The notes beneath the pieces are model-generated. The model searched no databases, was not told where the DNA came from, and saw nothing but the letters and a program-made list of their open reading frames with translations. Positions 40,371 through 51,122 of a DNA stretch of 64,000 bases are shown here, piece after piece. A program made the position numbers and the translations under genes. Position 1 is the first letter of the stretch, and the number at the start of each line of letters is the position of its first letter. Where the stretch lies: assembly GCA_963712865.1 (NCBI GenBank), contig CAVQJO010000013.1, positions 190,603 through 254,602 on the forward strand. Reading direction: 5' to 3'. Origin of the DNA: an uncultured Gaiellaceae bacterium (GTDB lineage Bacteria > Actinomycetota > Thermoleophilia > Gaiellales > Gaiellaceae).

Positions 40371-41360
40371 CCGTCCGCCACGCCACCGACGCCGACAGCG
40401 CGGAGCTGCGGCGGCTGTGGGAGCTCTGGCAGTCCGAGAGCCCCGACGCGCCGCCGTGGGCCGACACGAGCTGGGACGCGAACGAGCCCGAGTTCCAGCG
40501 CGCGCTGCATGCGAACTCGCTGTTCGTGGCCGAGGAGGACGGGCGCATGGTCGGGTTCGTCTCGTCGTGGCTCGAGGATCACGTCGGCCGCATCGGCGAC
40601 CTCTACGTCGAGAAGGCCGCCCGCGGCGGCGGTGCGGGCCGCGCGCTCGTCGACGCCGTGGTCGAGAACCTACGGGCGCGCGGCGCCTCGCACCTGCTGG
40701 TCGACGGCCATCCGGACGCGCTGCGCTTCTACGAGCTGCTCGGCTTCCGGGAGGTGTCGCGCAACCTCGTGCTCGAGCTCGACGTGCGCGAGGTCGGCGC
40801 CGGCCGCTCGTTCGGCTCGATCCACGTCCAGACGGACGATCTCGGAGCGGTCGAGCGGGCCGTCCGGCAGTTCGTGCCGCGCTTGCCCGGCGGCTCGCGC
40901 GGCAGCATCGTCTCGCCCGTGCGCGACGGCTGGATCGCCGTGTACGACGACGTCTGCGACCGCGATCCCGTCGATGCTGCGTCGCCTCGCGACGGAGCTC
41001 TCCGACCGGATGGGGGCCGTCGCCATCTCGCTCGGCGTCGAGCACGACGAGGTCGTGCGCTTCGTCCTGCTCGAGGCCGGCCGCGTCGTGGACGAGTACC
41101 TGTCCGTGCCGGAGCACTACGGCGCCCTGCCGCCCGGGGACGCGATCGCGCTCGCGGCGAACCCGCGCGTCGTCAGCCGGCTCACCGGCGCCGACCCCGC
41201 GGCGGTCCGCGCGGCTGCGCGCACGGCGCACTCTCCGGGCGAGCTGCCTCCCGCCGACGAGCTGATCCGCGAGATCGCCGGCGCCATCCGCCTCGAGGGC
41301 TGGGAGCACGGCTGGAGCGACGCGCCCGAGCTCGCCGACGCAGTCCGGATCAACCGCTGA
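40367..41360 (+). CDS. GNAT acetyltransferase with an uncharacterised ~170-aa C-terminal domain, one apparent frameshift
   Basis: ATGA overlap with the upstream stop. VGFVSSWLEDHVGRIGDLYVEKAARGGGAGRALVDAV...FYELLGF (GNAT motif A). Junction near 40968. Confidence 0.65.
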
Positions 41361-41940
41361 TGCCGACGCTCTACGACGCTCGCGCGCTGCCCCTACTGCG
41401 CCCGTGTGCGGATCGTCCTGGCCGAGAAGGGCATCGAGGCCGAGGTCGTCGAGATCGATCTCTCCGACCGCCCGGCGTGGCTCTACGAGAAGAACCCGGT
41501 GGGCAAGGTGCCCGTGTGGGAGGAGGACGGCTGGGCGCTGCCCGAGTCCGCCGTCATCTCCGAGTATCTCGACGAGCTCCACCCCGATCCGCCGCTCTGC
41601 CGGCCGACCCGCGCCCGCGCGGCCGCGCGCGCTTGCTCGTCTTCAGGTTCGACGACTTCTCGAGGCCGTACTACGCGCTCCGCCGCGGCGAGGACGGCGC
41701 TCGCGGGCGCTTCGACGACGAGCTGGGCCAGCTCGACTGCGCTGCTGCGAGCAGCTGCCGTATCTGACCGGTTACGGCTTCGGGCTGGCGGACACCGGCT
41801 ACCTGCCGTGGGTGCTCCGCGCGCGCGACGTGCTCGGGGCTCGACGCTCGAGCCGTGGCCGGCGCTTGCGGCGTGGGTCGACCGCTGTCTCCGAGCGGCC
41901 GTCGGTCGCGGCGGAGCTCGAGCTCCTGGCGGCGCTGTGA
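41360..41940 (+). CDS. Glutathione S-transferase-like protein (thioredoxin-fold CPYC N-domain), about five apparent frameshifts
   Basis: CPYCARVRIVLAEKGIE...NPVGKVPVWEEDGWALPESAVISEYLDE...PYLTGYGFGLADTGYLPWV...PALAAWVDR. Junctions near 41387, 41597, 41740, 41838 and 41893. Confidence 0.65.
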
Positions 41941-42308
41941 ACGAGATCGAGAAGGACGAGCTGGTCGCGCGGCTCGACGACGACACGCTGGCGATCCTCG
42001 ACGTCCGCTCGGTGCTCGGAGCACACCGGCGACGTCGGCGCGCCGTGCGACCCGCGGCAGGGGCGGATCCCCGGGTCGCTGCACCTGCCGCTCGACGAGC
42101 TGCGTGCAGCTCGACCGGCCACGAGCTGCGCGAGCGGCTCGGCCTGCCCGCGGGTGCGGAGATCGCCGCCTACTGCCACTCCGGCTCACGGTCGGCGATC
42201 GCCACCCAGATCCTTCGCGGCGCGGGCTACGACGCCCGCAACTACGTCGGCTCGTGGCACGAGTGGTCGCGCGACGAGTCGCTGCCCGCCGAGACGGGCG
42301 AGCTCTAG
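41937..42308 (+). CDS. Single-domain rhodanese-like sulfurtransferase, two compensating frameshifts
   Basis: GTGA overlap with the GST stop. LAILDVRS-EHTGDVG...GRIPGSLHLPLDEL...IAAYCHSGSRS (active-site Cys loop). Junctions near 42016 and 42110. Confidence 0.65.
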   Translation: MNEIEKDELVARLDDDTLAILDVRSVLGAHRRRRRAVRPAAGADPRVAAPAARRAACSSTGHELRERLGLPAGAEIAAYCHSGSRSAIATQILRGAGYDARNYVGSWHEWSRDESLPAETGEL

Positions 42309-42968
42309 ACGGTCTCGAGAAAGCGGCGGCAGAGAGCGCGGCCGTGCTCGTTCCAGCGCCCGATGTGCTCTCCGGTCTCGCGCCGGAGCTCGACGGGGTC
42401 GGCGACGTCGTCCGGGTCGTCGACGAGCCAGCTGTCGACCATCGCCGCCGTCACCTCGGCGTGGAACTGGATCCCGATCGCGGCGCCGAGCCGGAACGCC
42501 TGGGTCGCGACGTCGCTCCGCGCGAGCTCGGTCGCATCGGCCGGCAGATCGTAGGTGTAGTGGTGCCACTGGAACGCGTCGAAGCGGCGTGGCAGCACGT
42601 CGAGCACCGGGTCGTCCGCGGTGCGCTCGACGGGGAGCCAGCCGACCTCGGGGCGCGCGCCGGGACGCACGGGCGCCCCGGCCGCCCTCGCGATCATCTG
42701 CGCGCCGAGGCAGACGCCGAGGAGCGGGGTGCCACGCTCGAGGTGCTGCGCCAGGAAATCGTGCTCGCGCCGCAGCCAGCCGTGCTCCTCGTCCTGGTCC
42801 GGGATGCATCGCGCCGCCGAACACGAGCACGGCGTCGGCGCGGGCGCCGCGGAGCGCTCGTCGCGCGGCACGCACCAGGTATCGAGCTCGTGCCCAGCCG
42901 CGGCTCACCGCCTCGCCGAACACGCCTGGGCCGACGTTCGCGCCGTGCGTGACTGCCAGGACTCTCAT
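42305..42968 (-). CDS. Class I glutamine amidotransferase-like protein, three apparent frameshifts
   Basis: MRVLAVTHGANVGPGVFGEAV, AAGHELD, DAVLVFGGAMH, PLLGVCLGAQMIA (nucleophile Cys), IQFHAEV. Junctions near 42903, 42845 and 42805. Confidence 0.7.
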
Positions 42969-43003
42969 CGGCGCCAGCTTATGCGGCTCGTAGAATCCCG
43001 CGA

Positions 43004-43824
43004 ATGGACGCTCGCCCGATCGGCGTGTTCGACTCCGGCGTCGGCGGGCTCACCGTGCTGCACGAGTGCCTGGTGACGCTGCCGCACGAGGACTTCGTCT
43101 ACCTCGGCGACCACGCCCGGCTGCCGTACGGCCCGCGGCCGCTGCCCGAGCTGCGCCGCTTCGCGCACGAGATCGGCGCCTACCTCGAAGGCCAGGACGT
43201 GAAGCTGATCGTCGTCGCCTGCAACTCGGCGACGGCGGCAGCGCTCCCCGGCCTCCAGACCGAGCTGCGCGTGCCCGTCGTCGGCGTGATCACGCCGGAG
43301 GCGCACGCCGCCGTCCTCGCGACCCGCAACCGGCGCGTCGGCCTGCTCGCGACGCAGGCCACGGTCACCGCGGGCCGCTACGCACGAGCTCGTGGGTGCG
43401 CTCGACGCCGGCGTGCGGCTCGTCGCCGTGCCCTGCCCCGAGCTCGTGCCGCTGATCGAGAGCGACGATCCCGTTCGGCGAGGCGACGACGGCGGCGGTG
43501 CGCCGCTACGCGGCGCCGCTCAAGGAGGCCGGCGTCGACACCGTCATCCTGGGCTGCACGCACTACCCGCTGATCCGGCCGATCCTGCAGCGCGTCTTCG
43601 GCCGCGGCGTGACGCTCGTCTTCTCGGCCGAGGAGACCGGGCGCGAGGTGGCGGAGACGCTCGCCCGCAAGCGGATCGAGAACGACCGGAGCGCGAGGGC
43701 GACTACCGCTTCCTCACGACCGGCGACCCGGACTGCCTTCCGGTCGATGGGGAAGCGCTTCCTGCAGCTGCCGATCGGCGACGTCGAGCACGTCGAGATC
43801 GCGACGCTCGAGGCGGCGGCATGA
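43004..43824 (+). CDS. murI: Glutamate racemase, about four apparent frameshifts
   Basis: [57 protein letters not shown]. Junctions near 43385, 43475, 43700 and 43735. Confidence 0.8.
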
Positions 43825-44542
43825 GCACGCGGGACGACGGCCGCACGCGCGACGACGAGCTGCGGACGCTCGACCTCGTCCCCGACTTCATCGAGCTCGC
43901 GCACGGCTCGGTGCTCTTCTCGCAGGGAAAGACGCGCGTCCTCTGCACGGCGACCGTCGAGGAGAGCGTGCCGCGGTGGCTGGCGCGGTCCGGCCGCGGC
44001 TGGATGACCGCGGAGTACTCGCTGCTGCCGGCGTCGACGGGCGAGCGCACCCAGCGCGAGGCGTCGCGCGGCAAGCAGGGCGGCCGCACGGTGGAGATCC
44101 AGCGGCTGATCGGGCGCGCGCTGCGCAGCGTCTGCGACTTCGAGGCGCTCGGCGAGCGGACGCTCTGGCTCGACTGCGACGTGCTCCAGGCCGACGGCGG
44201 CACGCGGTGCGCCGCGATCTCGGGCGCGTACGTGGCCGCCCGGCGCGCGCTCGACCGGTTCGGCCTCTCGAAGGCGCTCAGCGGGTCGGTCGCGGCGGTG
44301 TCGGTCGGCATCGTCGACGGCCGCCCGCTGCTCGATCTCGACTACTCGGAGGACTCGACCGCGGAGACCGACATGAACGTCGTCATGACGCGCGAGGGCC
44401 TGCTCGTCGAGGTGCAGGCCACCGCCGAGCGCGATCCCTTCTCGCGCGAGCGGCTCGACGAGATGCTCGACCTCGCGGCGGGTGGGATCGAGGAGATCGC
44501 GCGTCGCGCAGGACGACGCGATCGCCGTCGCCGCGTGCCTGA
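43821..44542 (+). CDS. rph: Ribonuclease PH, one or two apparent frameshifts near the 3' end
   Basis: ATGA overlap with mur[78 protein letters not shown]. Confidence 0.85.
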
Positions 44543-45213
44543 GCTCACCACCTTCGAGGCGGTGCTGCGGCTGCTGCTCGCTGCCGGCGCTCGGCGGCGT
44601 GATCGGGTTCGAGCGGGAGCTGCGCGACCACGAGGCCGGCTTTCGCACGCACCTGATCGTCTCGCTCGGCGCCTGCGTCTTCACGCTCGTCTCGGCGTAC
44701 GCCTGGACGGACTGGACGTTCTCGACGGCCGAGCGGCGTCGTCTTCGACCCGACGCGGATCGCGGCGCAGATCGTCACCGGCATCGGCTTCCTCGGCGCC
44801 GGCGCGATCATCGTCCGCGGCATCTCCGTCCGCGGGCTCGACGACGGCCGCGACGCTCTGGGTGTGCGCGGCGATCGGCATGGCTGCCGGCACCGGCTAC
44901 TACCTCGTCGCGATCGCGTCGACCGCGCTCGTGCTCGTCTCGCTCGGGCCGCTGAAGCTCTTCAGCACGCGCTTCGTCGGCCGCGTGCGGCCGGAGGAGG
45001 CCGAGCTCGCCGTCAATCTCAAGCCCGGACGGCGCCGCGGCGAACGTGCTGGCGCGGATCGAGGAGCTCGGCGCCGTCGTCAACTCGGTCGAGTTCGGCG
45101 ACGAGCGGACGATCGACATCGTCCTGCGCGCCTCGCGGCGATCCGAGTCGGCGCTGATCGCCGAGGAGCTCGCGAAGCTCGACGACGTCGAGCGGCTGCA
45201 ATGGCGCCCGTGA
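44535..45213 (+). CDS. mgtC: MgtC/SapB-family membrane protein, about four apparent frameshifts
   Basis: [68 protein letters not shown]-terminal soluble domain ...IDIVLRAS...[15 protein letters not shown]. Confidence 0.65.
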
Positions 45214-45807
45214 AGGGCGTCCTCTGCTCGGGCAACCCGCACAAGCTGGCCGAGCTCCGTGCGGCGCTGCCCGGCTGGGAGCTCGAGCTGCTCGCCGCGC
45301 ACGACTATCCCGGAGGAGACCGGCGCGACCTACTACGAGAACGCCGTCGCGAAGGCGCTCTACGGCCGACGCGTGGGCGACCCGGCGGCGTGGATGCTCG
45401 GCGAGGACTCGGGCATCGAGGTCGTCGGCGCTCGACGGGCGCCCGGGCATCAGCCTCCGCGCGCTGGGCGGAGCGACGGCGTCGCGGCGCTGCTCGACGA
45501 GCTCCGCGGGCGGGAGGACCGGCGGGCGCGCTACGTGTGCGAGCTCGTCGCGCTCGGGCCGGCGGGCGAGGAGCTGCGCGGCACGGGCGTCCTCGAGGGC
45601 ACGATCGCCGAGGCGCGGCGCGGCGACGAGGGCTTCGGCTACGACCCGATCTTCGTCCCGCTCGGCGAGTCGCGGACGGTCGCGGAGCTCGGCAACGCCT
45701 GGAAGCGCACGAACTCGCATCGCGCGCGGGCGGCGGCGGCGCTGGCGCGTCCTAGGCGAGGCCGGCGACCTCCTGCTCCTCGCGCCGCGAGCCGAGGAAC
45801 CAGTTGA
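45201..45807 (+). CDS. rdgB: Non-canonical purine NTP pyrophosphatase (RdgB/HAM1), about three apparent frameshifts; 3' end uncertain
   Basis: [12 protein letters not shown], extra base in TATCCC-G-GAGGAG near 45310 restoring [49 protein letters not shown]. Confidence 0.75.
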
Positions 45808-46606
45808 CCTCGGCGCCGAACACGATCACGTTCGCCATCACGTAGAGCCAGACGAGGAGCAGCGCCGACGTCCCGAGCGCCTGCAGCGCGACGACGTCCC
45901 GGGAGAGCCGGACGAAGAGCGGCAGCACCTGGAACGTGATCTGGAGGAGGAGCGCTGCGAGCGCGGCGCCGGGCCAGACCTGGCGCAGCGTCAGCTGCAC
46001 GTTCGTCAGCCGCTCGTAGGCGAAGACGAGGAAGACGAAGACGGCCGCGGTCGAGAAGAGCATCGAGAGCGCGTACGCGACGACGTCGTTGTCCGTGAAG
46101 CCCGGCACGTAGCGCCGCAGCAGCCGGAAGCCGAACGAGCCGGCGACGATGCTGACGAAGACGACCATGATCGAGCCGGCCATGAAGAGGGTCGCGAGCA
46201 GCTTGCCGTGCACGAACGACCTGTTCGGCCGGCCGTAGACGATGTTGAAGGCGGACTCGAGCACGCTGAAGAGCGAGAGGGACGTCCAGAGCAGGAATGC
46301 TCCGCCGATGATGCCGAGCGTCGTCGCGTTCTCGGTCAGCGCGCCCACGACGCGGACGATGTCGCTGACCGAGCTCGACGGCAGCAGCCGGCTCAGCTCC
46401 TCGACGAGGTAGCTCGACTCCTCGGCGCGGCCGGCGAAGCCGAAGAGCGCGAGGGCGAGGAAGATGAGCGAGACGGACGAGAGCAGCCCGAAGTAGGCGA
46501 TCATGGCCGCGAGGTGCGGTCCGCGGTCGGCGAAGAACTTCGCGATCGGCTCGGCCAGGGGGCGGCGCACGAGGGAAGTATGGGGCTCTGTTAGGGTCGC
46601 CGACAT
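45752..46606 (-). CDS. YihY/BrkB-family membrane protein
   Basis: Intact 284 aa. [44 protein letters not shown]. Confidence 0.85.
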   Translation of the reverse strand: MSATLTEPHTSLVRRPLAEPIAKFFADRGPHLAAMIAYFGLLSSVSLIFLALALFGFAGRAEESSYLVEELSRLLPSSSVSDIVRVVGALTENATTLGIIGGAFLLWTSLSLFSVLESAFNIVYGRPNRSFVHGKLLATLFMAGSIMVVFVSIVAGSFGFRLLRRYVPGFTDNDVVAYALSMLFSTAAVFVFLVFAYERLTNVQLTLRQVWPGAALAALLLQITFQVLPLFVRLSRDVVALQALGTSALLLVWLYVMANVIVFGAEVNWFLGSRREEQEVAGLA

Positions 46607-46608
46607 GG

Positions 46609-47015
46609 ATGCGACGAGCCGCGCTCGCCGACCTGACGGAGATCTCCTCGCAGATCGTGCACGCCGCCGTCCTGCTCGAGGACGGCACCGTGCTCGCCTC
46701 GACGATCGCCGCGGAGGATCGCGCCAGGCGGCTCGCGACCACCGGGCTCGACCTGCTCGCCGCCGCCGCCGAGGTGCCGCTCCAGGGCGATCGCGAGCTC
46801 GCGCAGCTCGAGGTGGCGCTCGCCGAAGGCAGCGTCTTCGTCGTCCGGGACGGCGCCCGTCTCGTCGTCGCGACCGCGGCTCCCGGACGCGCCCGCCGGG
46901 CTCGTGCTCTACGACCTGCGCACGTGCCTGCGCGCGATCGAGGAGTCGGGCGAGGAGACGAACCCGCCGCCGCGCAAGCGGCTCATCGCGGAAGAAGACG
47001 CCCGCGGATGCGTAG
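46609..47015 (+). CDS. Roadblock/LC7-like hypothetical protein, one or two apparent frameshifts; 3' end uncertain
   Basis: ADLTEISSQIVHAAVLLEDGTVLAST...GSVFVVRDGARLVVATAAP, junction near 46895, GLVLYDLRTCLRAIEE. Confidence 0.45.
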
Positions 47016-47187
47016 GGCGCTCGCGCTCCTCGCCATCGCCGGCGGCTCGCTGCTCTACCTGCTGCGTCGGCGCAGCGGCACTCGCGAGCGGGTGAGCTTC
47101 TACTACGCGGACGGCTCGATGGTGACGCTCAACCGCAAGACGATCGGCGTCGAGAAGGTGCTGACGCTTGCCCGCGACGCGTTCTAG
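47008..47187 (+). CDS. Possible 59-aa membrane-anchored protein
   Basis: MRRALALLAIAGGSLLYLLRRRSGTRERVSFYYADGSMVTLNRKTIGVEKVLTLARDAF. Good codon bias. Lies inside track ORF 46609..47187. Confidence 0.4.
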   Translation: MRRALALLAIAGGSLLYLLRRRSGTRERVSFYYADGSMVTLNRKTIGVEKVLTLARDAF

Positions 47188-47740
47188 CTCGGACGAGCTC
47201 GGCGAGCGGATCCGCGAGCACGCGCTGCTCGAGGGCGACTTCGTCCTTCGCTCCGGGCGCCGCTCGAGCTTCTACCTGGACAAGTACCGCTTCGAGACCC
47301 AGCCGGAGCTGCTCGCGCCCCTCGGGGAGCGGCTCGCGGCGGCGGCGCGCGAGTTCGAGCCCGACGCCGTCCGGCTCGCCGGGCCGGCGCTCGGCGCCGT
47401 CGCGCTCGCGGCCGCGGCGTCGCTCTCGTCCGGGCTGCCCTTCCTGATCGTGCGGCCGGAGGCAAAGGGGTACGGCACCGCGAACCGGGTCGAGGGCCCG
47501 TTCGAGCCGGGCGAGCTCGTGTGCCTGATCGAGGACGTCGTCACCTCCGGCGGCGCGCTCGCCGAGGCCGTGAAGGCGGTGCGCGAGGCCGGTCTCGAGG
47601 TGCGAAATGCCGTCTGCGTCATCGACCGCGAGGAGGGTGGAGCGGACGCTCTCGCGCGGCTCGGCGTCCGCCTGCGGGCGCTCTACACGGCAGGAGAACT
47701 CCTGCCGCCGGCAAAAGCTGCCGCAAACCCGCATGGTTGA
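47168..47740 (+). CDS. pyrE: Orotate phosphoribosyltransferase
   Basis: Intact. GDFVLRSGRRSSFYLDKY and VCLIEDVVTSGGA (PRPP-binding loop). Probable TTG start. Confidence 0.85.
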   Translation: MPATRSSSDELGERIREHALLEGDFVLRSGRRSSFYLDKYRFETQPELLAPLGERLAAAAREFEPDAVRLAGPALGAVALAAAASLSSGLPFLIVRPEAKGYGTANRVEGPFEPGELVCLIEDVVTSGGALAEAVKAVREAGLEVRNAVCVIDREEGGADALARLGVRLRALYTAGELLPPAKAAANPHG

Positions 47741-47811
47741 GCCAGTCCGACGCGGCTGTTAGGGTCCTCGGCGGGTCCCGACCCCGTTTCCCGACACAGG
47801 AGGAGTGGCAC

Positions 47812-48090
47812 GTGACGAAGCAGGAGTTTGTTGATGCGGTGGCCTCGAAGAGCAATCTGACCCGGCGCGACGCAGGCGCAGCGGTGGATGCGTTCCTCGA
47901 CGTCGTGACGGACACCCTCAAGTCCGGTGACGCGATCACGTTCACGGGCTTCGGCAAGTTCTCGACCGCCCAGCGCGCGGCGCGCGAGGGCGTGAATCCG
48001 CGCAACCCCTCGCAGAAGGTGCACATCCCGGCCGCGACCGTGCCGAAGTTCTCGGCCGGAAGCCAGCTCAAGTCGGCCGTCAAGGGCTAA
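47812..48090 (+). CDS. hup: Histone-like DNA-binding protein HU
   Basis: GTG 47812 after ACAGGAGGAG. TKQEFVDAVASKSNLTRRDAGAAVDAFLDVV...GFGKFSTAQRAAREGVNPRNPSQKVHIPAATVPKFSAGSQLK. Confidence 0.9.
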   Translation: MTKQEFVDAVASKSNLTRRDAGAAVDAFLDVVTDTLKSGDAITFTGFGKFSTAQRAAREGVNPRNPSQKVHIPAATVPKFSAGSQLKSAVKG

Positions 48091-48108
48091 TCGCCCACGA
48101 GAGAGCTC

Positions 48109-48148
48109 GAAGGCCCCGGTCCGCGCGAGCGGCCGGGGCCTTCTCTTT
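48109..48148 (+). terminator. Rho-independent terminator of hup
   Basis: GAAGGCCCCGG - 13-nt loop - CCGGGGCCTTC, followed by TCTTT. Confidence 0.6.
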
Positions 48149-48160
48149 CGCGCTTGCATA

Positions 48161-48174
48161 CGAACATATGTTCG
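48161..48174. promoter_or_regulatory. LexA (SOS) box CGAACATATGTTCG inside a promoter
   Basis: Perfect palindrome matching the Gram-positive/actinobacterial CGAAC-N4-GTTCG operator. Lies in the 17-nt spacer between TTGCAT (48154-59) and TAGGCT (48177-82). ATG is at 48189. Confidence 0.6.
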
Positions 48175-48188
48175 CCTAGGCTGATGTC

Positions 48189-49839
48189 ATGCAGCTCGCC
48201 TTCGACGCCGCCGACCGGCTCGTCGAGCTCGTCCAGAGCCGTCGCGGGCCGGTCGTCGCGGAGGAGGCGGCACGCTCGCTCTACGCGCTCCGCCACGTCC
48301 CGGCGGGGCTCGCGCGCGAGCTCCTCGACGACGTCGTCGCCGGCGACTCGCGCCTCACCTGGCGCGGCGGCTCGGTCGGGCTCGCCGATCCGCCGGGCGC
48401 GAAGCTTCTCGTCGAGGACGCGACCTACGTCGTCGTCGACCTCGAGACGACCGGGCTGCGCCCGGGCAGCTCGGCGATCTGCGAGATCGGCGCCGTGCGC
48501 GTGCGCGGGCTCGAGCTCGAGGAGACCTACCAGACGCTCGTGAATCCCCGGCAGCCGCTGCCGCCCGCGATCGGGGCGCTGACCGGCATCGACGCGCGCG
48601 AGCTGCGCGGGGCGCCGCCGGCGGAGCTGGCGGTGCGCCGGCTGCTCGAGTTCGCGGGCGACGCCGTGCTCGTGGCGCACAACGCGCGCTTCGACATCGG
48701 CTTCCTCGACGTGGAGGTCGAGCGCCTGACGGGGAGGCGGCTGGCGGCGCCGGTCGTCGACACGGTCTGGCTCGCGCGGCGCCTGCTGGAGGGCCGCACG
48801 CGCCGCGCCGGGCTCGCGTCGCTCGCGCACTTCTTCGGCACCGCGGCGCGGCCGTGCCACCGCGCCCTGCCGGATGCGGAGGCGACGGCGGAGATCCTCC
48901 TGCGGCTGATCGGGCTCGCCCAGGAGCGCGGCGCGGCGACGGTCGCCGAGCTGGTGGAGCTGTCGGCGCCTCGCGCGCGCCGGCTGGCGGCGAAGCGGTT
49001 CCTCGCCGCCGGCGCGCCGCCTCGTCCGGGCGTCTACCTCTTCCACGACCGCAACGGCCAGGTGCTCTACGTCGGGCGTGCGCGGGACCTCCGTGCCCGG
49101 CTGCGCTCGTACTTCCAGACCGACCGCCAGCGGCCCGCGGTCGAGGCGGCGCTCGGCGCGGTCGAGCGGATCGAGTGGCGTGTCCTCGGCTCGGAGCTCG
49201 AGGCGGCCCTCGAGGAGCTGCGCCTCCTGCGCGAGCTGCGGCCGCCGGCGAACGCCCGCAGCACGCGTCCCGACCGCTACGTCTACCTGCGCCGCCGCGG
49301 CGCCGGCTTCGTGGTGTCGGAGCAGCCGACGCCGCTCGGGCCGATCAAGAGCCGCCGCCTCGCCCAGCGTGCGGCCCGGGCGCTCGACGGCGTCCCCGGG
49401 GGCTTCGAGGGCGACGACCTCGCCGCCGCGCTGCCGCCGCTGCGGGCCAAGCTGCGGCGCCTCGCCCGCGAGCAGCGCTTCGAGGACGCGGCGAGGCTCC
49501 GCGACCGGCTCGCCGCGCTCGAGCAGGTGGTCGCGCAGCTGGCCGAGCTCCGAGCGCCTGCGCGAGCTGCGCGTCTGCCTCCTCGTGCCGGCCGCCGACG
49601 ACCGGTTCCGGCGCGCCTTCTTCGTCAGCGGTGGCCGGGTCGTCGCCGAGCGGACGCTGCTGCCGGGCGAGGCGGGCCGGGCCGAGCTCGAGGCGGGTCT
49701 CGCCGCCGCGGCGCGGGCCGAGCCGTCCGCCGCGCCCGAGGATCTCGACGAGCTGCTGCTGGTCGGGCTCGCGCTGCGCACGCCGCCGCCCGAGCTGCGG
49801 GCGATCCCGCTCGACGCGCTCGCCGCCCGCGCCGCCTGA
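48189..49839 (+). CDS. DnaQ-like DEDD 3'-5' exonuclease fused to a GIY-YIG (UvrC/Cho-like) nuclease and UVR domain, one apparent frameshift
   Basis: VVVDLETTGL, LVAHNARFDIGFL, HRALPDAEATAE (Exo I-III). PGVYLFHDRNGQVLYVGRARDLRARLRSYF (GIY-YIG). EQRFEDAARLRDRLAALE (UVR). Extra base near 49549. Confidence 0.8.
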
Positions 49840-49854
49840 CAGTAGCCTTGAACG

Positions 49855-50785
49855 ATGGCGCAGGATCTCGACGCGGGCCCGCGGCTGGCGACGGTCGCCT
49901 TCGCAGACCGGCTCGCCGAGGCGGTCGAGCGGAAGCGCAGCCAGCTCGTCGTCGGGCTCGATCCGCGGCTCGACCTGCTGCCGGTCGAGCTGCGCGGCGA
50001 GTCCGTGCTCGGCCGCCCCGAGGCAGCCTCGGCCTATGCGCGCTTCTGCTGCGGACTCGTCGATGCCGTGGCGCCGTATGTGATCGCGGTGAAGCCGCAG
50101 AGCGCGTTCTTCGAGGGCCTCGGCGCGGACGGCGTCGCCGCCTTCGAGCGGGTCTGCGCGTACGCCCGGGACGCCGGGCTTGCTCGTGATCGCCGACGCG
50201 AAGCGCGGCGACATCGGCTCGACCGCCAGGGCGTACGCCACCGCCTTCCTCGAACCGCGGGACGGCCTGCCTCCGCTCGCGGACGCGCTCACCGTCAACA
50301 CGTATCTCGGGCACGACTCGGTCGAGCCGTTCCTGCAGGCGTGCAGGCTGCACGGCGCGGGCATCTTCTGCCTCGTGCGCACGTCGAACGCGGGTGCGAC
50401 CGACGTGCAGGAGCTGACCCTGTCGAACGGGCTGCGGGTGTGGCAGCAGGTCGCGCGGCTCGTCGCGAGCTGGGGCGAGGACCTCGTCGGCGAACGAGGG
50501 CTGTCGAGCGTCGGCGCCGTGGTCGGCGCGACCGTGCCGCGAGCAGTCGGCCAGGCGCGGCGGCTGCTGCCGCAGTCGGTCCTGCTCCTGCCGGGCGTCG
50601 GCGCGCAGGGCGCGACGCCGGCGGACGTCGCCCGGGCGTTCACGAGCGGCCCCGCCAGTGCGATCGTGACGGCGTCCCGCTCCGTCATCTACGCCTACCG
50701 CACCGGCACGTCCGACTGGCGCGCGGCCGCCGCGGCCGAGGCCGCCCGCCTGCGCTCCGACGTCTGGGCGGCATCCGGATGGTGA
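49855..50785 (+). CDS. pyrF: Orotidine 5'-phosphate decarboxylase (long type 2), one apparent frameshift
   Basis: LVVGLDP, AVKPQSAFFE, then LVIADAKRGDIGSTA after a junction near 50178, LLLPGVGAQGA. Confidence 0.8.
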
Positions 50786-51121
50786 ACACCCGGCGTCATC
50801 CGACGCTGACGCGCTACGCCGCGCCGATCGCGTTCCTCGCGGCCGTGACGGTCGCCGTGCTGATCGTCCGCGAGGGGCTGTCGGACGGCGGCGGCACCGC
50901 CGGCACGCGTGTCGACGGCCGTCGAGACGGTCGAGACGACGCCCGCCACGACGACGGCGCCGGGACCCGCCGCCGACGCCCGCTTCTACGAGATCAAGGC
51001 CGGTGACACGCTCGAGACGGTCGCCGCCGAGTTCGACACGACGGTCGAGCAGCTGCTCGTGCTGAACCCGGACGTCGATCCGGTCGCGCTCGGGATCGGC
51101 GAGCGCATCCGCGTGAAGTAG
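50779..51121 (+). CDS. Membrane-anchored LysM-domain protein, one apparent frameshift
   Basis: TM YAAPIAFLAAVTVAVLIV. LysM YEIKAGDTLETVAAEFDTTVEQLLVLNPDVDPVALGIGERIRV. Junction near 50905. Confidence 0.65.
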
Positions 51122-51122
51122 A

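Noticed and set aside
43392-45755. The 787-aa ORF, and likewise 39548..41767 (739 aa) and 18578..20638 (686 aa), as single large multidomain proteins.
   Set aside because: Each is a chimera. Only segments of it are in the true frame of successive genes (murI/rph/mgtC/rdgB; alkA/GNAT/GST; proline dehydrogenase plus antisense of the MFS gene). The rest is off-frame read-through made possible by the scarcity of stop codons.
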